A stretch of DNA of 49,792 nucleotides from Candidatus Saccharimonadia bacterium (lineage in GTDB: Bacteria > Patescibacteriota > SICC01): assembly GCA_025449535.1 (NCBI GenBank), contig JANWJF010000001.1, positions 369,344 through 419,135 on the forward strand, given 5' to 3'. The stretch's first letter is position 1; every line of letters starts with the position of its first letter. The notes beneath the pieces were generated by a model that was given only the letters and a program-made list of their open reading frames with translations, did not search any database and was not told where the DNA came from. Positions 37,777 through 44,641 of the stretch are shown piece after piece. The position numbers and the translations under genes are program-made.

Positions 37777-39396
37777 TTATTCTCGGGACCGCCGTTCGTT
37801 GATTTTCACCATCACCTCGCGCAGATCCTCTACCGAATCCTCCTGAATGGCCGTGACCAGCTCCGGTTCCGTCAGAAGCATGTCCCGGATTTCTTCTTGA
37901 GGGACGTTCGCGAGTCCTTCCAGCATCGGCAACGTGAACCGCAGGGTATCAATCCGTCCGCGGCGCCAGGTATCACGGTCCGGGATGCCGTCCCGCTGCC
38001 ACCGCCGTATCGTCCGCTTCTTCACGCCAAGTACTGCAGCCAAGTCGACAGCCGGAATATCATACAATCGGCCGATCTCCGCCAGGGCCTGGCCGTGACC
38101 TTCGTGAATCTGCGTCCTGTAAAGGTAATCCGACCGCGCTTGCCAGGGCGCCTGCGGGTCCCGCTCCAGCACGTTCTGACGAATCAAGCGTCGGCCGGCG
38201 CGGATGCCGGCCTTGCCGCTGACGGGCTCACCCTTGAGTGCCCGCTGCCGCTCCTCGTATTCCGCGAACCGGATCGCGTCGTCCAGCTTGAACAGGAATC
38301 CCTTGCCGTGCGCTTCGTCCGCCAGCCGCCGCAAGGCCTTCCACTTCGGCACTTTCGAACCGCTGGCCGAACCCCGGTGGTTCTCGAAATACGCTTCCAG
38401 GAACACCTGGTCCAGCAGATGGAGGTCGCCGTCATGCTGATACTGGCGCTTCAACCGGCGTTCTTCGTCATACGTGTCGAATGCCATATTGTCCAACCGT
38501 CGAGCGACTTCTTCCGTAACCGCCTCGTTGAGCCACCGCAACCGATCCTCGGTCCGCTCGTCATGCACCGGGAGCGGCCGGTGAATCCTACCGCGAGGCA
38601 GTCGCTTTTTGATGCGAGGTGCGACGTGCGGTGTACCTACCCGGAAATGCAGGCCGTTCCGTTGATGATGGAACGTCACGTTACCGGAGTCCGAGTCCCG
38701 ATAGGCGAGGATCGTTCGACCTGCCAGCATATGGACCATCTCGTGGAAGAAGTAGTGCCGCTGTAATATCTCGGAAGTAGTATCGTCGGTCACGCCGATC
38801 GACTCGTCGTCATTGAAGTAACCGCCGATGCCGTGCCTGCCGTCCGGACGCAAGTAGAGCGCCGCTGCCAAACCGGAATAGACCCGTGGGTTCACCCAGC
38901 CGATCCGTTCGTATAACTCATCGCGGGTCAGCGGCAGCCAGCCGTCTTCGATTGCCTGTTCCGCCGCCCCGAGAAACTCTGTGAAATACCGTTCGAACCG
39001 TTCGCGATGCTTCTCGGACCCTAGCACGAACCGTGTCTCATAGTCTTCCAGCCACGCCTGCAGGTCGTCGTCCGAGATCGCATCGAGCAGTTCCGGACCT
39101 TCCGTGCCGTCGCAGCCTTCGGGGATCGGGATTTGGTACTCGGCCACGTATCCCTTAAGGAATTCCTCGTCGTGCGTCCAGAGCGGACGCAGCTTGTCCC
39201 GTACCCGTTCCAGGATGTGGTGCCGCCGCTCCGAGACGTCCACCAATCCCTGTCGTTCCGCCGCCGAAAAGGACCCGAGCTCGGCCCGTTCATACTCGGC
39301 GAATCCATCCGTGGGCGGGATATTGCGGTTCATCCGGTACAGTCGATACTTAGGGTGCGATTCTGTAATTCGCTCAAACTGATGGGGTTTTTCCAT
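37777..39396 (-). CDS. Orphan zincin-like metallopeptidase fused to a C-terminal Xre-like HTH
   Basis: FFHEMVHML (HExxH) plus WLNEAVTE; LAAVLGVKKRTIRRWQRDG HTH. Confidence 0.75.
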   Translation of the reverse strand: MEKPHQFERITESHPKYRLYRMNRNIPPTDGFAEYERAELGSFSAAERQGLVDVSERRHHILERVRDKLRPLWTHDEEFLKGYVAEYQIPIPEGCDGTEGPELLDAISDDDLQAWLEDYETRFVLGSEKHRERFERYFTEFLGAAEQAIEDGWLPLTRDELYERIGWVNPRVYSGLAAALYLRPDGRHGIGGYFNDDESIGVTDDTTSEILQRHYFFHEMVHMLAGRTILAYRDSDSGNVTFHHQRNGLHFRVGTPHVAPRIKKRLPRGRIHRPLPVHDERTEDRLRWLNEAVTEEVARRLDNMAFDTYDEERRLKRQYQHDGDLHLLDQVFLEAYFENHRGSASGSKVPKWKALRRLADEAHGKGFLFKLDDAIRFAEYEERQRALKGEPVSGKAGIRAGRRLIRQNVLERDPQAPWQARSDYLYRTQIHEGHGQALAEIGRLYDIPAVDLAAVLGVKKRTIRRWQRDGIPDRDTWRRGRIDTLRFTLPMLEGLANVPQEEIRDMLLTEPELVTAIQEDSVEDLREVMVKINERRSRE

Positions 39397-39449
39397 GACC
39401 GTTCATTCTATAGAAGAAGCGCGGCCAGGCAATGAACCCTGGCCGGGCC

Positions 39450-39478
39450 TTGACACTTCTTCTAAAAAGTGCTATAGT
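39450..39478 (+). promoter_or_regulatory. Sigma-70 promoter
   Basis: TTGACA-17 nt (ending AAAAGTGC)-TATAGT. Confidence 0.75.
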
Positions 39479-39498
39479 TAGCCAATTATTTAGGAACC

Positions 39499-40014
39499 AT
39501 GGCTATCCAAAAGCAGCCCGACACCCCCGCCAAGCCGTCTCCGGAGGACTCCGAGCGGCCGATCCTGGCCTGGGAGGCCAAGGAGTTCGTGGAGTATGAC
39601 CGGAACAAGAAGTGGTACGTGGGCGCCCTGGTGCTCGGCGTCCTGCTCGTCGCCGGTGCGTTGGTGCTCCAGCAGTGGCTGGCCGCGGCGGTGTTCGCCC
39701 TCGCCACCTACGTAGTGGTGCGGCACGCCGGCGACAAGCCGCGGACGCTCTCGATCTCGATCTCCAAGCTCGGCGTCGAGGTGGCGGACCGCTTCTATCC
39801 GTTCAGCGAACTCCGGACCTTCTGGATCATCTACCACCCGCCGGTGAAGACGCTCACGCTCCAGAGGACCGACCGGTTCAAGCCGCTGGTGAAGCTCTCC
39901 CTGGCCGACATCGACCCGCTGGCCGTGCAGAACGCGCTCAAGGACCACCTCGCGGAACAGGCAAAGGAGAGCGAGGACTTCGTCGACAAGCTCAGCCGGT
40001 GGATTCGGTTATAA
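39499..40014 (+). CDS. Conserved 2-TM protein (DUF5673-like, PH-like C-terminal domain)
   Basis: LAWEAKEF..YDRNKKWY, two TM, GVEVADRFYPFSELRTFWI; this pattern is familiar from CPR genomes. Confidence 0.8.
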   Translation: MAIQKQPDTPAKPSPEDSERPILAWEAKEFVEYDRNKKWYVGALVLGVLLVAGALVLQQWLAAAVFALATYVVVRHAGDKPRTLSISISKLGVEVADRFYPFSELRTFWIIYHPPVKTLTLQRTDRFKPLVKLSLADIDPLAVQNALKDHLAEQAKESEDFVDKLSRWIRL

Positions 40015-40035
40015 GTTTCGAAAGGGCGAGACAGC

Positions 40036-40608
40036 ATGGGTGAAATACCGCCAGAACGTCTTGCAGTAACGCCCCTTGAGACAGAACGGTTGCTCCTTCG
40101 TCCGGTCCGGGCAAGCGATGCTGCGGACGTATTTGATTACACGCGACGGCCGGAAGTCTCTGAGTTTCTGCCGTGGGAACCGCACACCGATGAGCAAGAA
40201 ACCTTGCGTTGGCTGACGGAAGATATACCGGCCAAGGTCGAGAGCGGGGATCTGATTTATGCAGTCGAGCTCAAGGAAGGCAGCAGGGTAATCGGAGTCT
40301 TCGATTTGCACATGGATGCGGAAAATCGCAAGGCGCAGCTTGGATACTCGCTGTCTCCGGACTTCCATCGGCAAGGATACGGCGTTGAAGCGTGTGAGGC
40401 ATTGGTTCGACATGCGTTTACGGTAATCGGACTAAACCGGATTGAAGCGGGTTGTGACGTTCCGAACGAAGCCTCCTGGAGGCTCATGGAACGGCTCGGG
40501 ATGAAATACGAGGGTACTCGGAAACAAGACCGGTATTTCAAAGGAAAATACCGAGACAGCAAGTACTACGGCCTGCTCAAGTCTGACTGGGAAGCGGCTC
40601 AAGCTTGA
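40036..40608 (+). CDS. RimJ/RimL-family GNAT acetyltransferase
   Basis: LETERLLLRP, LGYSLSPDFHRQGYG, NEASWRLMERLGM..EG. Confidence 0.92.
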   Translation: MGEIPPERLAVTPLETERLLLRPVRASDAADVFDYTRRPEVSEFLPWEPHTDEQETLRWLTEDIPAKVESGDLIYAVELKEGSRVIGVFDLHMDAENRKAQLGYSLSPDFHRQGYGVEACEALVRHAFTVIGLNRIEAGCDVPNEASWRLMERLGMKYEGTRKQDRYFKGKYRDSKYYGLLKSDWEAAQA

Positions 40609-40647
40609 TTCTGCAATAATTCCAGCCGGTGGATTAGACTGTAATCC

Positions 40648-41241
40648 GTGAGCGACGAGCGACCGAAGGAGAAGCAGCGGCCTGAGATTCCCGTCCTGGA
40701 GACGGAGCGGTTGCGGCTGCGCGCCCTCACCATGGACGACCTGGACGGATTCTACGCGTTCGTGAAAGAGACCGACGTCACGGACTACATGGGGCGGCCG
40801 CCGTACGAATCGATCGACGCGGCACGGGCGCGGATCAAGGAGCGGCTCGAGAAGCGTTTCGGATACGGACCCGATCGGTTCACTTGGGCGGTCGAGGAAA
40901 AAGCCACCGGTCGGTACGTCGGCGAAGCCGGACTGCATAGCGTCGACAAGAAGAACCGACGCGGCGAGCTGGCCCGCGGCCTGGTCGCCGAGGCCCGCGG
41001 CAAGGGCTACGGCGCGGAAGCGGGGCGGGCGGTGCTGGACTTCGCATTCGACGTACTCGGATTGAACCGTGTGCAGGCCGTCACCCGGACCACCAACGAG
41101 GCCTCGCAGCGAAGCCTGGCCGGACTCGGATTCTCCAAGGAAGGGACTTTGCGCGATTACTGGACGATCGACGGCAAGCCCGCCACCACGTGCATCTACT
41201 CCCTGCTCCGCGAGGAGTACCGTACAGAAAAAGCCGCTTAG
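40648..41241 (+). CDS. RimJ/RimL-family GNAT acetyltransferase
   Basis: LETERLRLR, ARGKGYGAEA, NEASQRSLAGLGFSKEGTLR. Confidence 0.92.
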   Translation: MSDERPKEKQRPEIPVLETERLRLRALTMDDLDGFYAFVKETDVTDYMGRPPYESIDAARARIKERLEKRFGYGPDRFTWAVEEKATGRYVGEAGLHSVDKKNRRGELARGLVAEARGKGYGAEAGRAVLDFAFDVLGLNRVQAVTRTTNEASQRSLAGLGFSKEGTLRDYWTIDGKPATTCIYSLLREEYRTEKAA

Positions 41242-41265
41242 TCGGCTACAATAAGTTAGCCTGAA

Positions 41266-41379
41266 CCGATCGAAAGAGGTGCGCAGTCCCGCGAGCACGC
41301 TTTCGATCGGAGAGGAGCAATGCCTACGGAAGCTGGAGCGATGTGCTTTGGCTCAGCGCGGAAGCTGAAGTAGCATTGC
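41266..41379 (+). ncRNA. Candidate structured RNA/leader (contains SD and 17-codon ORF 41320-41373)
   Basis: 11-bp perfect stem CCGATCGAAAG/CTTTCGATCGG; second domain closed by GCAATGC(C)TAC/GTAGCATTGC; TACAAT upstream. Confidence 0.4.
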
Positions 41380-41384
41380 GACGA

Positions 41385-41457
41385 GCGCCTGTAGCTCAGT
41401 GGATAGAGCGTCGGCTTGCGGAGCCGGAAGTCGCAGGTTCGAATCCTGCCAGGCGCG
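41385..41457 (+). tRNA. tRNA-Arg(GCG)
   Basis: GCGCCTG/CAGGCGC acceptor, D-arm AGCTCAGTGGATAGAGC, TCGGC-TTGCGGA-GCCGG, GTTCGAATC. Confidence 0.95.
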
Positions 41458-41481
41458 CCCGGACCCAGTACCATCAAGGGG

Positions 41482-42630
41482 ATGCTCTATTCCCACCATC
41501 ACTTCACGCACCACCTCCGGTTCACGGAAGTCCGTCGGCTGTATTGGGCGCGGATGCTCGGTGCGGCGGCCGGCGGATTGGTGGCGATATTCATCCCGCT
41601 CTACTTCCTCGGACTCGGCTACGAGTTCCGGGAGGTGCTGTTGTACTACGTCGCCTACGCGGTCTCGAACATCGCCGTCTGCTATCCGATGATGCGGCTG
41701 ATGGTGAGGATCGGCCCGAACCGCAGCATGGCGCTCGGGAACCTGCTGCTGTTGCCGCTCTTCGTCGGCTTGATCACCTTGGACACGCACCACTGGCCGT
41801 TGGCCGCGTTGGCGTTCCTGGCCGCGCTCAGCAACGAGGCTTACTTCCCGGCGCTGCACGGGAACTTCTCCGCGTCGGAGACGCCTGGCAAGGACGGCCG
41901 CCAAGTGGGTATGTTGTCCGCGCTGACCGCTTTCGGCGGGGCCTTGTCCCCGGCGATCGGGGGCTTCGTGGCCCAAGCGTATGGCATCAGCTTCAACTAC
42001 GGGTTGGCGGCCGGACTGTTCGTGCTGGCGGCCGTGCCGCTCCTTCTCGCCAAGGAGGCCGTGCAGGAGCACGACCTGAGCCTGAAGCAGCTCAAGGGCC
42101 AGCGCCTCCTGAGGGACGGCGTCGCGAATGCCGGCTTTGCCGTCGTGATGCTGACCGATGCGGTCCTCTGGCCGATCCTGGTCTACCTGCTCGTAAAGAA
42201 CTACGCGGTGGTCGGCGGCCTGGGCTCGATCCTGGTGATCAGCTCTATCGCCACCGCGCTGTACGTGGGACGGCGCGAGGAATCCAAGGGCGTGAAGCAC
42301 TACCTCCACCGCGGATCCATCACGCTCGGGTTGTTGAACGCCCTGCGGATCTTCGCCACCTCGGCCGGACACGTGTTCGGTCTCAATCTGCTCGGCGGGA
42401 TGGGCAACCAGTTGGCGGGCACTACGTTCATGACCCGCTTCTATGAGAATGCCAATGCCAGCGCCCGGCTGGCATACATCCGTCTGATGGAATACGCCTG
42501 GTTCACCGGTTGGGGACTGGCCGCGCTGCTGCTCTACGGACTGACGTTCTTCCTACCTACCTCGGCCGTGCTGACTGCCGGACTGCTGCTCGCGATCCCC
42601 GCCAGTTTCCTGATGTCTCGCATCCGCTGA
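41482..42630 (+). CDS. MFS transporter with His-rich N-terminus
   Basis: About 12 TM; RIGPNRSM loop, SPAIGGFVA; start re-called at ATG 41482 (TACCAT 7 nt upstream). Confidence 0.88.
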   Translation: MLYSHHHFTHHLRFTEVRRLYWARMLGAAAGGLVAIFIPLYFLGLGYEFREVLLYYVAYAVSNIAVCYPMMRLMVRIGPNRSMALGNLLLLPLFVGLITLDTHHWPLAALAFLAALSNEAYFPALHGNFSASETPGKDGRQVGMLSALTAFGGALSPAIGGFVAQAYGISFNYGLAAGLFVLAAVPLLLAKEAVQEHDLSLKQLKGQRLLRDGVANAGFAVVMLTDAVLWPILVYLLVKNYAVVGGLGSILVISSIATALYVGRREESKGVKHYLHRGSITLGLLNALRIFATSAGHVFGLNLLGGMGNQLAGTTFMTRFYENANASARLAYIRLMEYAWFTGWGLAALLLYGLTFFLPTSAVLTAGLLLAIPASFLMSRIR

Positions 42631-42645
42631 CGGTATAGTGGGGCC

Positions 42646-43029
42646 ATGGCGGACGTCACCCACCTCAAGATCGACGACATCGACGGGTTCAACCACTCGT
42701 CCGGCGAGATGTCGCTCCGCAAGGTCCAGCAGGCGCTTGGTGTGAGCTCGTTCGGAATCGCCGTCGTCGAGCTGGGTCCGGAAACGGACGTCTATCCCGA
42801 GCACCACCACGACGGCGAGCAGTTCGGACAGCAGGCCGACCAAGAGGAGGTCTTCCTGGCGCTCGGCGGCGGCGGAGAGATCGAGGTGGACGGGAAGCGG
42901 TATCCGCTGGACCCGGGGCACATCGTCCGGGTCGGCCCCAAGCCGAAACGGAAAGTGTACCCCGGCGGCGAGGGGATGCGGCTGCTGGTGATCGGCGGGA
43001 CCCCGGGCAAGCCGTACGAAGCCAGGTAA
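42646..43029 (+). CDS. Cupin-domain protein
   Basis: PEHHH...QEEVFLALGGGGEIEVDG..YPLDPGHIVRVGP. Confidence 0.88.
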   Translation: MADVTHLKIDDIDGFNHSSGEMSLRKVQQALGVSSFGIAVVELGPETDVYPEHHHDGEQFGQQADQEEVFLALGGGGEIEVDGKRYPLDPGHIVRVGPKPKRKVYPGGEGMRLLVIGGTPGKPYEAR

Positions 43030-43041
43030 TATAGAAGGCAC

Positions 43042-43114
43042 GTCCCCGTAGCTCAGTGGATAGAGCACTGGCTTCCGGAGCCAGGTGTCGGGAGTTCGAA
43101 TCTCTCCGGGGACG
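43042..43114 (+). tRNA. tRNA-Arg(CCG)
   Basis: GTCCCCG/CGGGGAC acceptor, CTGGC-TTCCGGA-GCCAG, GTTCGAATC. Confidence 0.96.
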
Positions 43115-43218
43115 CAACGATTCCGGTTGACTGCTTGGAATAAGCCAACTACGGTAATAACCGTACTAGCTAGGCTAGTTCAGCTAGCACCTCAAATCGA
43201 CGACCGAAGGGATCAGAG

Positions 43219-43323
43219 ATGACCCGCAGGATCCATGGCCGCCAGCGCGGCACCCCAACGACCCCGCCGACCGGCTCGACGCATCCGCAGACGCCGCGGA
43301 TCGAGACCGTCCCGCAGCTCTAG
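43219..43323 (+). CDS. Putative 34-aa T/P-rich small peptide
   Basis: MTRRIHGRQRGTPTTPPTGSTHPQTPRIETVPQL; GAAGGGA upstream and TTGACT-17-TACGGT at 43127-43155. Confidence 0.35.
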   Translation: MTRRIHGRQRGTPTTPPTGSTHPQTPRIETVPQL

Positions 43324-43358
43324 GAGCACTAAAACGCGGGTACGGTCCACATCATGAA

Positions 43359-43451
43359 GTAGGGGGAGCAGCGCGGGCAGAGAACTAGTACAAGTATCAC
43401 ACGCGTGAGCCGCAGACCTCCTCTATGGAACTCGGCTCCGCTCCCCCCTGC
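43359..43451. ncRNA. Candidate ~93-nt structured RNA
   Basis: Terminal stem GTAGGGGGAGC/GCTCCCCCCTGC enclosing a non-coding, partly paired interior. Confidence 0.35.
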
Positions 43452-43457
43452 CCAAAA

Positions 43458-43970
43458 TCAGCTTGCGATAGACTGGCGCACGTCGTCCAGCAACCGTTTT
43501 GCAGCACCTTGAGCGACAGCTGCCTGCTCCGGCTTCATGTCACCGGGGTTCTTTCGGGCGGTACGCAAGCAGTTATAGCCCCGGGACAATACAAGACGAG
43601 CCTCTCCAGACAACCCGGCCTGTTGGTACGCGGCGGCGGCAGTCGCCGCTTCACTGGCGGCTGACTCGGGACGGCCGCCGGCCAGCAAATCGTCAATCTG
43701 GGCCTCGGAGAGCTCTGCCGCCTTCCTGATTTCTCCCCGTTCAATGGCAAGTGTTCGAAGCCAATGCCGGCAAACGGTCCGGTCCAAGGGATGCTCCATT
43801 CGCTCCAGCTGCTCCCTGAAAAAAGTCTCGATTGTCTCCGCTTCGACCCCCTCTTCGCTCATCAGCGTAATCGCTCGCTCCTGGACGGCATCGCCGTCGG
43901 TGAACCGCGTGCCTTCGGGATTTAGGAATTCCGTAAGCGCTTCGTCCGGACTGGGACCTTCGGGAGTCAT
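43458..43970 (-). CDS. Hypothetical helical (TPR-like) orphan protein
   Basis: 170-aa alanine-rich helical ORF; TACCAT 8 nt upstream; divergent from tRNA-Ser(CGA). Confidence 0.65.
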   Translation of the reverse strand: MTPEGPSPDEALTEFLNPEGTRFTDGDAVQERAITLMSEEGVEAETIETFFREQLERMEHPLDRTVCRHWLRTLAIERGEIRKAAELSEAQIDDLLAGGRPESAASEAATAAAAYQQAGLSGEARLVLSRGYNCLRTARKNPGDMKPEQAAVAQGAAKRLLDDVRQSIAS

Positions 43971-44036
43971 GACGGGTCATGGTACAGGGTTTTACCACTC
44001 CGCTCCAGCCGATAGAGGCTACAATGGAACATACCC

Positions 44037-44123
44037 GGAGGAGTGCCAGAGCGGTCGAATGGGGCGGTCTCGAAAACCGTTAGGCCCGCAAGGGTCTCGG
44101 GGGTTCGAATCCCTCCTCCTCCG
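44037..44123 (+). tRNA. tRNA-Ser(CGA)
   Basis: GGAGGAG acceptor, GCGGT-CTCGAAA-ACCGT, long variable arm, GTTCGAATC, no CCA. Confidence 0.97.
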
Positions 44124-44128
44124 CAAGG

Positions 44129-44503
44129 TCAACCGTATCGACCAGGTCGTGCGTGCATCCGTTTGATTTTTTCTGCTTGGTCCATAGCATTCAACGACTT
44201 AGCACGGCCAACCCGGTAGTTGGCCAGCCGTGAAGACGTGTAACCAATTTCGCTAACATGCACACCTTCAGCCGAGTAATACAAAACTTCAGCCAGTTCA
44301 TAGTGCTCTAAGGCGAAATAATGATCAGCGAGATAGGCCAAGGCGTTAGCTCGCTCGACAGAGGAAAGGTTACTTTGAGCAAGTACTTTTTCTGCGAGAG
44401 CAGCGTATTCAAACTGACCTTCTTCCTTACCAAGCTGACCAGGAAAGTCGATTTCTTCGATTATTCGGGAAATAGTGATATTCCCCAGGGTTTCGCGTGG
44501 CAT
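44129..44503 (-). CDS. AT-rich TPR-like orphan protein
   Basis: ANALAYLADHYFALEHYELAEVLY resembles a TPR; lower GC; TATGAT 8 nt upstream. Confidence 0.7.
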   Translation of the reverse strand: MPRETLGNITISRIIEEIDFPGQLGKEEGQFEYAALAEKVLAQSNLSSVERANALAYLADHYFALEHYELAEVLYYSAEGVHVSEIGYTSSRLANYRVGRAKSLNAMDQAEKIKRMHARPGRYG

Positions 44504-44563
44504 AACGGAAAATCATACTATCGGAGGAATATTCAAACAATCAGTCGTGCCCTACCTCGGCTC

Positions 44564-44592
44564 TAGACAAATGCCCCAAAAAGTGGTATGCT
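44564..44592 (+). promoter_or_regulatory. Sigma-70 promoter for the pilin-like gene
   Basis: TAGACA-17 nt (ending AAAAGTGG)-TATGCT. Confidence 0.6.
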
Positions 44593-44641
44593 TCGTTAAT
44601 TTCCTGGCTGAGGGGTTACACTCGAATCGACGGAAACAAAC

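Noticed and set aside
41343..42446. Alternative long ORFs overlapping tRNA-Arg and the MFS gene, including the 41416 upstream extension
   Set aside because: They overlap a clear tRNA; the MFS start at 41482 has its own -10 box.
36334..44116. 35-nt exact direct repeat (36334-36368 and 44082-44116) as attL/attR of an island
   Set aside because: Both copies lie inside complete tRNA-Ser genes with different anticodons. There is no integrase, and the enclosed DNA holds host-type genes and tRNAs. Paralogy or gene conversion explains it.
21449..44123. The three tRNA-Ser genes as dedicated Fem-substrate tRNAs
   Set aside because: All have canonical T-loops and D-loops and standard anticodons, and they lie more than 13 kb from femX.
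44522..44528. CGGAGGA, an inverted match to the tRNA-Ser(CGA) 3' end beyond the cargo gene
   Set aside because: Only 7 bp, inverted, and not seen at the other two tRNA-Ser loci; likely chance.
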